Shown here piece by piece: positions 12,620-24,718 of a DNA stretch of 64,000 nucleotides. The stretch's first letter is position 1, and every line of letters begins with the position of its first letter. Under the pieces are notes generated by a model that saw only the letters and a list, made by a program, of their open reading frames with translations, was not told the DNA's origin and did no database searches. Where the stretch lies: contig NC_068992.1 of assembly GCF_001194135.2 (NCBI RefSeq), positions 33,727,103 to 33,791,102 on the forward strand, given 5' to 3'. Both the position numbers and the translations under genes were made by a program. The DNA is from Octopus bimaculoides. Taxonomy: Eukaryota.

Positions 12620-13260
12620 TTGGCGTCATTTTCTGTATTTATTTTAAGCATGGTTTTCCTGGTATTCTTTTAGATATGATTTTCCTGGTGTCATATAATT
12701 ATTGTTGCTGTTGTTGCTATTCTAAAGCTACTTTGGGCAAATTTTATTAACAAGTGTGTTATCTTGAGGTTTAGTAATGACCAGTATCCCCAAATCTCAA
12801 AAATCTTTCTTCGAATTCTTTCAAAAATAAAGGATACCAGTTTTCTGCATATTAGCGATGGGATTTTCAGTTCCAGTGTCTTTTAGCCTCTTAGATAGTA
12901 GTTTGGTTGTTGTAAGAGATGCAGCAATTACCACAGGAACAATTCTTGTCTTAGTCATCTATATAATCTCTTCAACTAGCTGCTAGATCCTGATATCTCA
13001 CAATTGTTGTCTTCTTCCTAGCTACGGACTCTTTTATAAAATAGAACTGCAAGGTTTATTATCTAACACTGTTTGTTCTTTTATAATCATATCTGGCTTT
13101 CTTTTTCGTTTTTGTTTGTTTGTTTGTTTTTTTTTTTGCTTCAGTGGTATGGCTAGTCTCTATGGGGAACTCTCATATGATCCTGTAATTCTTATTTTCT
13201 GTCACAGCCTTTGGTTTGTGTTCATTCCATTTTCCTGCTATTTTGAAGCCACACATTATT
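12620..13260 (-). mobile_element. R4/Dong-type LINE 3' fragment (copy E)
   Basis: Minus strand resembles the RLE end (KPDMII...TRIVPVVIAA...RILRKIFEI); (ATT)n at ~13256-13270. Confidence 0.65.
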
Positions 13261-15135
13261 ATTATTATTCAGTCAGACAGGTTGAGTAAGCTTATCAAAA
13301 TTCTGGTAAAAATTATTTAAATTCTATTGGATTCCATTGTTTTTGTGAAGTATGTGATTTTGAAAGAGGAATATGTTTCTGGTTTCATTTCTTATATACC
13401 ATCAAAGCAAGCATAACCTTTTTAACAGACACTATCAGAGTAATGAGAAGAGACTCCTTCAATGAAAATCATGGAAGAGCAATAACAATTCCAATAAAGC
13501 AAGAAGAGTATCAATTACAACTATGATAATAGTAATAATGATAACAGCAAAAGCACCAATGAAAATTATGACAGACTATTACATAATTGTTGAAGTTGAT
13601 AGAAACAGCAGCCAAATTTCTCTCAACTCACACACTATTTGATAATGTAACTTTTCTCCTTTTTTTTTGCATTACCTTAAGACTGATGAACAACCCTTGG
13701 TAACTTCCTATTGGTATATAGTGATACACCAATAGAATTTTCATGGAAAATTAAAGGACAATTTTCCTTTGTGCAACATTAAAAATGTTTCTACTTTCAA
13801 TTTTTTTCTTATTCTCTTCATAGCCATCATATTTCTTGTCATTTTGTATGTTGAAATTTCTCTTTTTATTTTTGGCTCCAAAATTATGAAAAATATCACG
13901 TGTAATGGTTAAGGTTCCAAAACTTGAGAAATTGACCTCCCCTCCTCCTGTAATTCTTAGTTTCATTCTATTTCAGAGATCAAGCAGCTTCTCAGATAGA
14001 ATACTCCATATATGTCTCAGGGACACATAATCCAATTTGAAGAGATGATATTATCAAACAATGGTAATATAACAGAATAACTGAGTTGAAAAAATGGGTA
14101 GATGAAAATAAATGCAAGCTTTTAGCAACTTTTCTCCTTCTCAAGAATGAAGGACGAATAAGATGAATAGTATGAAAGAGAAGGAAATAAAAAAGAAAAT
14201 AAAGTAAGAATAAAGCTCAGCAAGAAGAAATAAAAGATGTCATAAAACAAAAGCAAGGAAAGGAAGCAAAAGGTTTAAATTTTTCTCATGTTTAATTCAG
14301 TCCACTTGAATATTTCTTTCAGTTGATTCTGTCTTTATTCTCAAAGATTGTGAAATGCAAATGATGTTTCCAGCATGTATCTATTAATACAATTATATAG
14401 AAAGTAGGCTGGCAGCAAAGGGTTTTTTTTTTATGGGAGTGGATTCTCATCATGCATTGGTACATGATATAAAGCATTTGGACAGGTTGTTTTAATGTGG
14501 CTTGTGTATTGAATCCAGAGAGCCTGCAGAGACAAGAAAAAATAAGTCAAGTTTGATCCATTGAAAATATATCATTAGCTTACATGAAATATAGAGAATA
14601 AGTAGAGTTGAGAGAACAAATGGCTGGTTAGTAAAAGAATCAATTGATATACTGGAGTGATGCAATGAATACTTGTGATGGTGAGAGATGGAAATTGATG
14701 AGCTCTAAATAAAAGTGTGCTCAGTGTACTGACAGGAAAAAAGCGTAGGTTAGTGAAAGACCAATGATGATATTGGAAGAAAAGGTAACTTCATATATCA
14801 AGATGACTAAGTATATATATATAAGTCAGTAAATAGTGGGGTTGTGTTAACCGCACGTGGAGAAATAATAGGAAAATGAAAAATAAAAATAAGGCAGAAT
14901 GCTAAACTGAAGGCATATTTTAATATAGATGTGTAAAAAAGGATTTCAAACCGGCTTTCATTGCATGGCAAATTTTCAAGAAGAGGGAGAATGAAAATGT
15001 TTTTTTACAAAAAAGTAAAAAATAATATATAAAAAAATAAATATACCAATACATTATATTGTCTTTGAGCTTTTAAAGTTCAATGGTAATCCATGTAGAT
15101 AATAGTTTGAAAGATTAGGATGCATGAAATTGAGA

Positions 15136-15300
15136 GTTGTGGGGGACTGAAAGTTTATGTGCTAAGCAGGAAGTGTGGTGTCAAAACAGGAAGTGTGTGT
15201 AAGGGAAGACAATTCTGTGGGTTTTGTCTTCCCTTACACACACTTCCTGTTTTGGCACCACACTTCCTGTTAAACACGTAAACTTTCAGCCCCTCACAAC
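15136..15300. repeat. long imperfect palindrome (MITE-like), truncated by a gap
   Basis: gttgtgggggactgaaagttt...gggaagacaa is the reverse complement of ttgtcttccc...aaactttcagcccctcacaac, with a short loop. Confidence 0.9.
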
Positions 15301-15635
15301 NNNNNNNNNNNNNNNNNNNNNNNNNNNNNNNNNNNNNNNNNNNNNNNNNNNNNNNNNNNNNNNNNNNNNNNNNNNNNNNNNNNNNNNNNNNNNNNNNNNN
15401 NNNNNNNNNNNNNNNNNNNNNNNNNNNNNNNNNNNNNNNNNNNNNNNNNNNNNNNNNNNNNNNNNNNNNNNNNNNNNNNNNNNNNNNNNNNNNNNNNNNN
15501 NNNNNNNNNNNNNNNNNNNNNNNNNNNNNNNNNNNNNNNNNNNNNNNNNNNNNNNNNNNNNNNNNNNNNNNNNNNNNNNNNNNNNNNNNNNNNNNNNNNN
15601 NNNNNNNNNNNNNNNNNNNNNNNNNNNNNNNNNNN
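15301..15635. other. assembly gap; others at 19281-19454, 20283-20391, 24719-24978, 33616-33682, 34183-34575, 41908-41917, 44541-44666 and 47005-47311
   Basis: Runs of N, most bordered by microsatellites. Confidence 1.
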
Positions 15636-15670
<35 letters not shown>

Positions 15671-15789
15671 CATACAAACACAGCAGTACCATTAGGCAGT
15701 TCTCCCTCCCTCTCTCTCAAAATGCAATTCAGCAAAGTACAAAGAATATTGAAACAGTCAACAAAGTGAGAGTTAGTAATGAGTTCAGT

Positions 15790-16490
15790 GATGAAAAATT
15801 TAAGTAGCTGTGTGTGTCTGGAGGAGGTTTGGCCCTTTATGCTTCAGGAACTCTACTGGGGTGTTGTCCACTCATGTAATTTCCCTGCATTCACAGTACT
15901 CATACCTCTTTGATTTAGTCATGAAGTAGAATATCCACAAATTTTCTGCTGTAGTTTAGAGTGCTGTTGTTATGACTAAATTTACAGCTGTAATGTTCAT
16001 TGCAGTACTCAAGGTATCTTTTGATAATTGCAGTCTAGTCTCTCAGTGACAATACTGATGGGTTGCTGCATTTTGTGATCCTCTTTAAAATCTTAAAAGC
16101 AGCCTTATGTTGCCATCCTTTTTCTAGGTTTGATACTATCACACTGATGCTGTTTCCACTTGACATCCTCCATTTTCTTTTTGATCTCAAAGTCCTGTAT
16201 ACTGCCAGGATGTCTTTGGTGATCTATGTTATTCTGTCTTTCTCCCAGCACTTCCAAAATTAATTTATCAGATTTCTTCCTTGATGTTGTCCAGGGTGCT
16301 GATATCTTCCTCTTTGTAATCTAAAGGCTGTAAACCTGCTGCTTATATTGACTTCTAATACTACTGAAACCTCTGGGTCTTCCATTTTCTCTACATTGAA
16401 TCAGGCAATTCTTTACTTAAAGACTGTACTCAACTTGAAATGAAGTGTTATCAGTACCATGTCAAGATCACTGTTGACATCATAGAATGT
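15790..16490 (-). mobile_element. old RTE LINE, end of endonuclease and linker
   Basis: Minus strand gives DVNSDLDMVL..L.FKL (D..SDH-like) followed by RTE linker-like sequence with many stops. Confidence 0.5.
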
Positions 16491-16496
16491 CTTGGT

Positions 16497-17500
16497 CATC
16501 ATCATCATCATTTAATGTCCATTGTCCATGCTGTCATGGGTTGGATGGTTTGACTAGGGCTGATAAGCTGGAAGGATTCACCAGACTCCAGTGTGATTTG
16601 GTATGGCTTTCTAGAGCTGAATGCCCTTCCTAATGCCAACCACTCCGAGAGTGTAATGGGTGCATTTACGTGCCACTGGCATGGGTGCCATTTGAATGAC
16701 TCTGGTATCTGCCATGACTGCGATTTTGTATGGCTTGATAGGTCTTCTTCTCAAGCATGAAATAATGCCAAAGGTCTCGGTCATTGCCTCTGTGATGCCT
16801 AACACTCGAAAGGAACTCAGTCACTTTGCCTCCATTGGTCATTAACTCTGTGAGGCCCAACACTCTAAAGGAACTCAGCCACTTTTGGTTCCATGAGGCC
16901 CAATGCATGAAAGGAACTCAACTACTTTACCTCTGTGAAGCCCAATGCTCCAACAGTTTTCTTTTCATGCCACCAGCATAGGAGCCAGTTATGTGACACC
17001 AACATCAGCCATGACCACGATTTTATTTCCCAAGCACAGCAAATCACCAAAGGTCTCAGTCACTAGTCATTACCTCTGTGAGGCTCAAAGTTTGAACATC
17101 ACACTTCACCACTTCAACCCATGTCTTTTTGGGTCTACTTCTATCACAGATTCCCTCCACAATTAGAGATCAACACTTCTTTACACAGCTGTCCTCATCC
17201 ATACGCATCACATGACCATACCAGTGCAGTTGTCTCTCTCACACACCACATCTGATTCCTCTTATCCCTAACTTTTTTTTCAAGATGCTTACACTTTGTC
17301 GAACATGCACACTGACATTGCACATCCAGCAAAGCATACTGGCTTCATTTCTTCTTAGCTTTATTAATAGAAGACTTGAACTTTTGAGGTGTGAGAATAA
17401 AGTTATGAGTCTCATCTCACCAGCATGTGCAAGATGTATTTTGTTCTTCAGAATGTCTTTTGTGCCAAATATGTATTGGCGGGGGTAACTTATGACTGAT
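16497..17500 (-). mobile_element. younger RTE LINE 3' end with 3' UTR and (GAT)n tail
   Basis: GIRGIRCGV.ERQLHWYGHVMRMDEDSCVKKC....GICDRSRPKKTW; UTR ends in ggaagggcattcag...(gat)n. Confidence 0.85.
16780..16970. repeat. ~40-55 bp tandem subrepeats in the RTE 3' UTR
   Basis: About four copies of ctctgtgaggcccaacactcgaaaggaactcagccacttt. Confidence 0.75.
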
Positions 17501-17569
17501 GGAAAATTTTAGAAGCCACAGTCCACAACCATTAGTTTCTGGAATCCCCAAACACCCCACTGCATTTGG

Positions 17570-17646
17570 GGCTACTGAGGACATCTTTGTTTGGAGCTGT
17601 CTTGATAGTTATCTCTAGATCTTCCTAAACCTTTTCAACTGCATCA

Positions 17647-17682
<36 letters not shown>

Positions 17683-17960
17683 TGCTGGAGCATAGACTTC
17701 AAAGATTATTGTATTCTGAGGTCTTACAGCAATAATTGTGACAATGAATCTGTTGAATACTGTGTTCAACTGATGACTGAATTTAATATGCTCTTGCTGA
17801 CTTTGAGGCCTATTTCATGTTGATGCCCATGGTCAGATCTACTGTACTACATTTTGTAGCTTTCTCTGAAATCATTTCTCATAAGTCCAGTCCACATTGA
17901 TTACACTCTAATATACCTCATGCGTGTTAGACAAGTTGGTGAGTAAGTTCTAGAAAGTTA
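17570..17960 (-). mobile_element. old RTE LINE, APE endonuclease N-terminus
   Basis: Minus strand resembles YSG..HQHEIG..V.KSI...EVYAP. Confidence 0.5.
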
Positions 17961-19463
17961 AATCAGGCTATCAGAATTGCTTCTCCAACCAAATGTACAT
18001 GAATATCAACATGATGACAGAGTAGTGTATAAATAGTTTATAAAATTTTAGAACTAACTATCTTTTTTATAAGTAAAGAGCAGAAACAAGATTAAAAAAA
18101 TAAAAATATTAAAGTTAGATAAAACACTTAAAAATCAAATGTGATAATGAGATTTTGGAGATCACACTAAAATTTTAAAATCTACAAAACAACTTTAGAA
18201 ATAGTTTTGCAACAAATTGCTTTTTAATGATTCTGTCACTTCAAGAGTGTAAGGTATCACAAGGACAATTTGAGCTCAAGATTATGACACATTCCATCAA
18301 ATATTGATATCATCAATTCCTAAACAAAAAGAATACCATTCTTTGGGTTTTTATTTTGTGGCTTGAACCAGTCATAGGTCTAAGGCCAACCTTAGCATAA
18401 GTTAAACTCAGAAGTGTGTTCCACCAAATAGAAAGTGTAAAATATTCAATTTAGTTTTTATGTCATTGTTGTTGCTTCTGTTACAACTGCTGCCATTGCC
18501 ATTGTTGTCAATGTTGACAGTATTTTTGGTATTGATTTTATCATTTTTACTCCTGCCATCTGACCTACTTGAGATGCCTTCTATGACAAAGTGTAATAAA
18601 GTAATCTGTTTCCTTAATGTCTGAAAAGGCTGTTCTCAGTTTAAATGAAGCCAGAACTATGGACCTATCATATTTCCCTACTATCTCTACTATCTTTTGC
18701 CCTAGTCTTTTATATTTCCCCACCAAAGGTATATCTAATGTGTGAATTTTCAGTTCACTTCACCCACCTGTATGAGAAACACTTCAAATAAAGCTGCATA
18801 AGATTGGAACATGTGTAATGTAAGTCAAATGATTGCACAAAAAATTATCAAGAGACATTAATATGCTTATCCAGCTGAAACATATGTCGGTAATATTTCA
18901 TTATCTTAATGTCTTGATTACATCTGTCTGTCTGTCTATTTATCTCCCTCTATGTCTCTCTCTCTCCATTCATGCATACATATACACATGCATACATGCA
19001 AGCACGTATACATACATACATACATACATACATTTAATTTTTGGATTTAGTTTGCAAGATTCTCTATGTGAGTTTGTGTGTTGAAACATATTCTGTCATG
19101 TCTGGGGAGAGTCATTCTCTTTTGGTGCCTTATAACTTAACACACTCACCGGTAAAATTGCTACTCATTTCCTTCCTATTTTTCTAAAATTTGTGTTGTG
19201 TCTTGCAACCTTTTCAATATTGAAGAAGTTGCACGACAAATTTTTCTGGCTGCTGACAAATTTTCTTGCTTTAAAAAAAANNNNNNNNNNNNNNNNNNNN
19301 NNNNNNNNNNNNNNNNNNNNNNNNNNNNNNNNNNNNNNNNNNNNNNNNNNNNNNNNNNNNNNNNNNNNNNNNNNNNNNNNNNNNNNNNNNNNNNNNNNNN
19401 NNNNNNNNNNNNNNNNNNNNNNNNNNNNNNNNNNNNNNNNNNNNNNNNNNNNNNTGGTGGTCA

Positions 19464-19537
19464 GGCGGTTTAGCTTAAATGGTAAAGCGTTCCAACTGGA
19501 TATTGGAGGGATATGAGTTTGATCCTCATGGCTGGCT
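19464..19537 (+). tRNA. tRNA-like cloverleaf with anticodon GGA and a 5-nt variable loop; probably a pseudogene or SINE head
   Basis: D stem GCTT/AAGC, anticodon stem TCCAA/TTGGA with loop CTGGATA, T stem ATGAG/CTCAT with loop TTTGATC, acceptor GGCGGTT/GGCTGGC (one mismatch, three G-U), and a T-run about 10 nt downstream. Confidence 0.55.
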
Positions 19538-19608
19538 ACCGACAAATTTTTCTGCTTTTAAATGGTATAGTTTAGATATTGTTATATTTCGGGATGGTGT
19601 ATCTGTGA

Positions 19609-19619
<11 letters not shown>

Positions 19620-19641
<22 letters not shown>

Positions 19642-20060
19642 CACGTGCACGCATATGCATCTGTGTGTCTATGTTTTGTATGTGTGCTTATGTGTGTCTA
19701 TATGGGTTCACCCACTACACTGTTTCTATCTCTGCCCTTTATACTGTTGTCACCACAATCATCAATGTTCTTATTGGTACTTCCTATGTTGACCCTCCCT
19801 CACCTATGTTTACTCTTGGTGCTGCTGCTGTTCTTGACTCTTATTTTGATATTGTTCTTCTATTTTTCTGTGTTTGCGGAGTCAACATATGAAGTACTAC
19901 TAAGAACAATGACAATGGTGGTAACACCACTATAAAGGAGCAAGATACAAACAGTGTAGTGGGCAAACCCATATATACAACATAAGCACACATGCAAAAC
20001 ACATAGACACACGTAAGCACACATGCACACATACATACATGCATACACACATACAGATAT
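19620..20060. repeat. inverted pair of diverged ~180-bp repeat copies
   Basis: 19620-19800 (+) aligns to the reverse complement of 19875-20060 (cccactacactgttt...tatgttgac). Confidence 0.8.
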
Positions 20061-20589
20061 AGACACAAACGCATGCGTAGATAAGGATACATATCATAGA
20101 AGGACAGAATGAACTAAGTGGAGCAGGAGGGTACACCTGGACAGAAAGGGTCGCTGAAGAGGTCAGAGATGTATGATGAAAGATTTCCAGACAATTGACA
20201 TAATATAAACAAAGAACAGTAATAAACAAATGAAGAATTAATATATAGCGCATGTGTTTATTTAGCAAAAAAAAAAAAAAAANNNNNNNNNNNNNNNNNN
20301 NNNNNNNNNNNNNNNNNNNNNNNNNNNNNNNNNNNNNNNNNNNNNNNNNNNNNNNNNNNNNNNNNNNNNNNNNNNNNNNNNNNNNNNNNNNTATATATAT
20401 ATGTGTGTGTGTGTGTGTATATATATATGTGTGTGTGTGTGTGTATATATATATGTGTGTGTGTGTGTGTATATATATGTGTGTGTGTGTGTGTGTATAT
20501 ATATATCTGTGTGTGTGTGTGTATATATATATATGTGTGTGTGTGTGTATATATATATATGTATGTATGTATGTATGTATATAAATATA

Positions 20590-21215
20590 CATACAAGGGA
20601 ATGAAGCTAGCATGCTCCATTGGATGGGTAATGTCAATGTGCACACAACAACAAAGTGTAAATGACATAAGGGGAAAACTAGGTATAAGAGACCTCAGAT
20701 GTTGCGTGCAAGAGAGAAGACTGTTGGTATGGTCACATCATGCATATGGATGAAGACAACTGCATGAAGAAGTGTTGAGCTCAAACCATGGAGGAAACCT
20801 GTGGTAGGGGTAGACTCAGAAAGACATGGGATGAAGTGGTGAGAAAGGATTTTCAGACACACCCTCACCGAAGAAATGACACAGGGACAGGGAGATGTGG
20901 AAATTTGCTGTACTTGAGAAGATGTGTCAAGTTAAATAAAATCATTGTCATCTATACATACAGGCATGTTCTTTACAGGTTCTGGTGTCGCGTAGAAAGT
21001 GCCTATGCTGGTGCTGTATAAACACACTTATACCAGTGGCACATGAGGAGTACCCAGCATACTCTGGAAAGAGGTTGGCATCAGGAATCCAGCTGTAGAA
21101 ACCAAGCCACAACAGACAATTGGACTCTGAACAGCTCCCCGGCTGGTCACCTCCATGTGAAACCATCCAACTCATGTCAGCCTCAAAAACAAACATTAAA
21201 CAATAATGATGGTAT
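20590..21215 (+). mobile_element. RTE LINE 3' end with UTR
   Basis: KLGIRDLRCCVQERRL(W)YGHIM.MDED; CGRGRLRKTWDEVVRKD; UTR homologous to 16497-16700. Confidence 0.85.
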
Positions 21216-22099
21216 TTGATTCTCTGTCTAAAAAATTTTTAATAGGAAATTTCTTACAAGTTTATCTAACATATACATTTTTGTGATACCTATTAGCAAA
21301 TGAAACATGTATAATGGTGAATAAATAACACCAAAATATTTTCCAGATTCCTATTTTATATATATATATATATATATAAGAAAATTGATAATAAGGAATG
21401 ATGGATAAAGATCAGTTCATTACAGCTGTTTCTTACACATTTTTAATAGAAGAGAGACTGAGTACATTACATCATTGCAAAAAACTGTAATCATCAGATG
21501 AAACAGAATTTCAAAGCAATAGGAAAATATCCCAGAAACACAGTGGCAACATACTTGAAGCCAGCCAAAGCTGACCATGAAATGGGATAAAAGCTAAAAA
21601 TTTGGGGGCTATTGACATTAAGGGGTGGGGTTACATTAAGAATTTAGTTTGTAAGAAAGGGTAACATGATATTTATGGTCAGCATCTTGGGTAGAGAATG
21701 TAAATTGGGGTCAGCTAGACTGGTTCATATAAGAGACTGGAGATGAAGAGTAGGCAATTATATGCATATTGTTATGTGTTATTCATTTTATTACACTAGG
21801 ATTAGAAATATGGGTAGCAGGGAATGAATTAAAGAAAAAGTAAAATAAAAAAAGTCAAATAAGTACTGGTCCAGAGTGTAAGATGCCTTTGTTAAAGATT
21901 AAAGTTCAAAGGGAGGAGGGAGAGATACCTACAGAATCAGGGATATACAATGGATAGTGGTTGACTGTGGGGGAGGGTTAGAAGGAACTCAAATGATTAT
22001 TTCTAACAATTGTGGAAGGGTAGTGTTTTGTGTGATAATTTTATCTGGTAAAGCAAAGTAGAGGTAGGATGCTGATATAGAAACAAATATATTATATGG

Positions 22100-22800
22100 G
22101 ATACTGACACACACTTATAATAAGAGAACATGTGTACCTGGTATAAAATTATTACTGTTATAAATAATAAATAGGGAAATAAGGGTAGTAGTAGTTGTGT
22201 ACTACCTGTCATTTCAATTATGAAGTTCGATGAATGAGAGAATTACCTAATAAATCTCACCTAATACAGAACAAAGGGGGTATACCAGATCAGACATCTT
22301 AGTAAGCCAGTAGTTGTCAACTGATTAACTTTTTAGAATGTTTTATAGGTGGCATTAAAATTACTTAATTAGATAATATATTTTGCTATTATATAAATCA
22401 GGTTGTGTAAACTAAAACCAATAGATGTAGGTAAGAAGTTTGGGTGATATGTTCCTTTATTATGGTGAGTAGCACAAATAACAATAAGCGGGTATAAGGA
22501 TTACTTACTGAGGGGAATTGGAAAACTAGCTAGACAGTGTAGGCTGCTACTTCATAAGTTAGAGGCGATCGTAAACACAAAAGCGTAATGCTAGATAAAA
22601 CTAGATAGAAGATTAGTTCCTTCACTATCACATACTATGCAAATAATATTATTAGGATCTATATCATAATTGGGGACAGGATGTAGTGGAATGGGAAAAA
22701 GCAGAAGACTACTCAGAAGAATAAGCAAATCATTGGAGTTTGGGGGTCTACATATGAAAGTGGTGGGACTGAGATAGTTTAGCTCCAGGTTAGAATATAG
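22100..22800 (+). pseudogene. highly decayed Penelope-like RT/thumb remnant
   Basis: QNKGGIP, LDNIF and SHT..II.G....CS...RL..I...LE..G appear in the order expected for a PLE RT; many stops. Confidence 0.4.
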
Positions 22801-22859
22801 AATAGAGGCTATGTGATGTCCTTAAAATATTTAAAGGTACAGGTTACTTTATGGATACA

Positions 22860-23490
22860 TGAAAGACGAATGTCCAATTTATTATTTATTAGATTTTCAC
22901 TATTTGATCACTTTAATAAGTTGTACAACTCCATGTAACATAGTCTGCACATGTACAGCTGTTTGAGTACGGTTTTGCAACCCTGATTATATCCCATTTC
23001 AAATCGAATCTAATGTTGTCATTTTTGAGTTCCCAAATTTTCATAGCTATGCCTTAATTTGCCTTGTGCCTTAAATGGAAGGATTTTCCCTATGCCTTAA
23101 TTTGAAGGATGATAAATCATTGCATGAGCACTGCTTCAGATTTACAGAGCAGCCAATATGAGCATAAATATTTATCTCCATCACTACATTACACCTGTAA
23201 ACTACATTTTTAACCAAACAGTGACCAAAAATTGGACATAAGTTTTTATCCAAATAATTGCACCCATTATTGGTTATGACATGATTGTTATTACAAGTAC
23301 ACATTCCTATGATAATAGGACGACATATGGGATCAAGATCTTGTGAGTTATCAATGTTTGTATAGCTGCTATCAGGGGTAATATTTCTACTACTAAGGTC
23401 ATTACCATTATGATTACTTACCAAATTCGGAGTACAAGAATGTGGGTAATGAGTATGACCATAAGAGATTACACCTTCAGATTCTGACAC
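22860..23490 (-). pseudogene. Penelope-like GIY-YIG endonuclease remnant
   Basis: SCTPNL..SNHN, CNYLDKNLCPIFGHCLVKNVVY..HIG..LKQ, then KIWELKNDNIRFDLKWDIIRVAKPYSN.C.LC. Confidence 0.8.
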
Positions 23491-23783
23491 TACAGGATTA
23501 GTGGTATAACAGAATAGTTGTCAGCACAAGAGTTTGTGTTATGTTCATTGAGCATATCAACAACAGAAAATTACATGCATGTGTAGGCCAGCATTATGGT
23601 GAGAGGGACGAGTGTCAGAGTTGCAGACTGTGTGGGGGGGGGGGGGGGAGTCGGCTGTTGCCAGATCTCTTACTGCTGCTATCAGTTCTTGCAGTAAGCT
23701 AACTGATGCCATTATTATTATAGCTACTGATTGGAAGGACTTATACAGTATTAGTGTCAATTAATTTGGTAATGTTATGATGA

Positions 23784-24093
23784 TGGCAAGCTGGAAGAAT
23801 TGTTAGCACACCGGGAAAAATGCTTAGTATTTCGTCTACACAGTTCTATATTTAAGAGATGAGGTATTATGTACATTATTTACATTATATCTGTCAAATG
23901 GAAATAATAGAAATAAAGTATTTTGTCTGCACATTCTGAGTTCATATTCCACTGAGGTCAACTTTGCATTTCATCCTTTTGAGGTCAATGAAATAAGTAC
24001 CAGTTACGTACTGGAGTTGATGTGAATGACTATCTCCACTCACCCAAAATTCCAGGCTTTGTGCCGATAGTAGAAAGGATTATTATTATTATT
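23784..24093 (+). mobile_element. SINE family 1 with an internal insertion
   Basis: gcaagctggaagaattgttagc head; gaggtcaactttgcatttcatcc body; gaaaggattattatt tail. Confidence 0.7.
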
Positions 24094-24129
24094 ATTGGTA
24101 CAATTATTATTTGGTGTGGTGTTATTATG

Positions 24130-24370
24130 AACATTATTACTAATGCTCCAGGCCATGGCTATGTATCTCTCGTTCAGGCCAGCAATAATTGTATCCAGAT
24201 TGGAGAGAGTTGAATAGGGAACCCTAACAATTTTTACAGGAGAGTAAATGGTTATACTTATGTGATAGAGGGAAGTTGCGCTGTAATATGCTAAAGAATT
24301 TACTGCATAAATTAGTAACTATTATGTAATTGAAGGGAGGATTATACCCTATTACATCACTTTTTTTGTC
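24130..24370 (-). pseudogene. Penelope-like thumb/linker remnant (second copy)
   Basis: Minus strand reads VIGYNPPFNY..TNLCSKFFSILQRNFPLSHKYNH..VPYSTLSNLDTIIAGLN, matching the WFNPPF...HFP..H....SYS..PN pattern. Confidence 0.7.
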
Positions 24371-24669
24371 ATTTTTTCCTTTGTATCCACTATGCTTCTT
24401 ATACTTATAATTAGTTCCTGATCTATATGATGAACTTTTCTTTGTGTTTGTGTTATTGCTGATATCACCGCAGTCCCTATTGGTACCATAGTTACTATTC
24501 GCCCTATTAACAACCCTTCATAACTATTTACCAAGTTTCTTCTGTGTGCACAACCTGGACATTCTACTAGATACTTAATCGACCATAGGCAGTGACCACA
24601 GGTTACTCCAACCCTACCTGGTGCTTATTATTTAAGTACTCAATTCTCACAAGAAACCTTATTATACAT

Positions 24670-24718
<49 letters not shown>

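Noticed and set aside
13977-14063. 87-nt segment with a strong acceptor and donor, in symmetric phase
   Set aside because: All three frames contain a stop (the best has one TAG); at most a pseudo-exon or non-coding exon.
15155-15769. ORFs of 130-214 aa spanning N-runs (also at 19165, 24592, 34127 and 46943)
   Set aside because: They are open only because of the assembly gaps.
16780-16970. Repeated ~40-bp units suggestive of a CRISPR array
   Set aside because: The units are degenerate, lack unique spacers, and lie in an RTE 3' UTR in a eukaryotic context.
19930-20753. Long His/Thr/Tyr/Ile or Val/Cys ORFs (also at 30369, 32794, 38104 and 41211)
   Set aside because: These are translations of (TA)n, (CA)n and (TG)n microsatellites.
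23626-23649. Poly-G run with G-quadruplex potential
   Set aside because: An isolated homopolymer with no supporting context; its length is also unreliable in assemblies.
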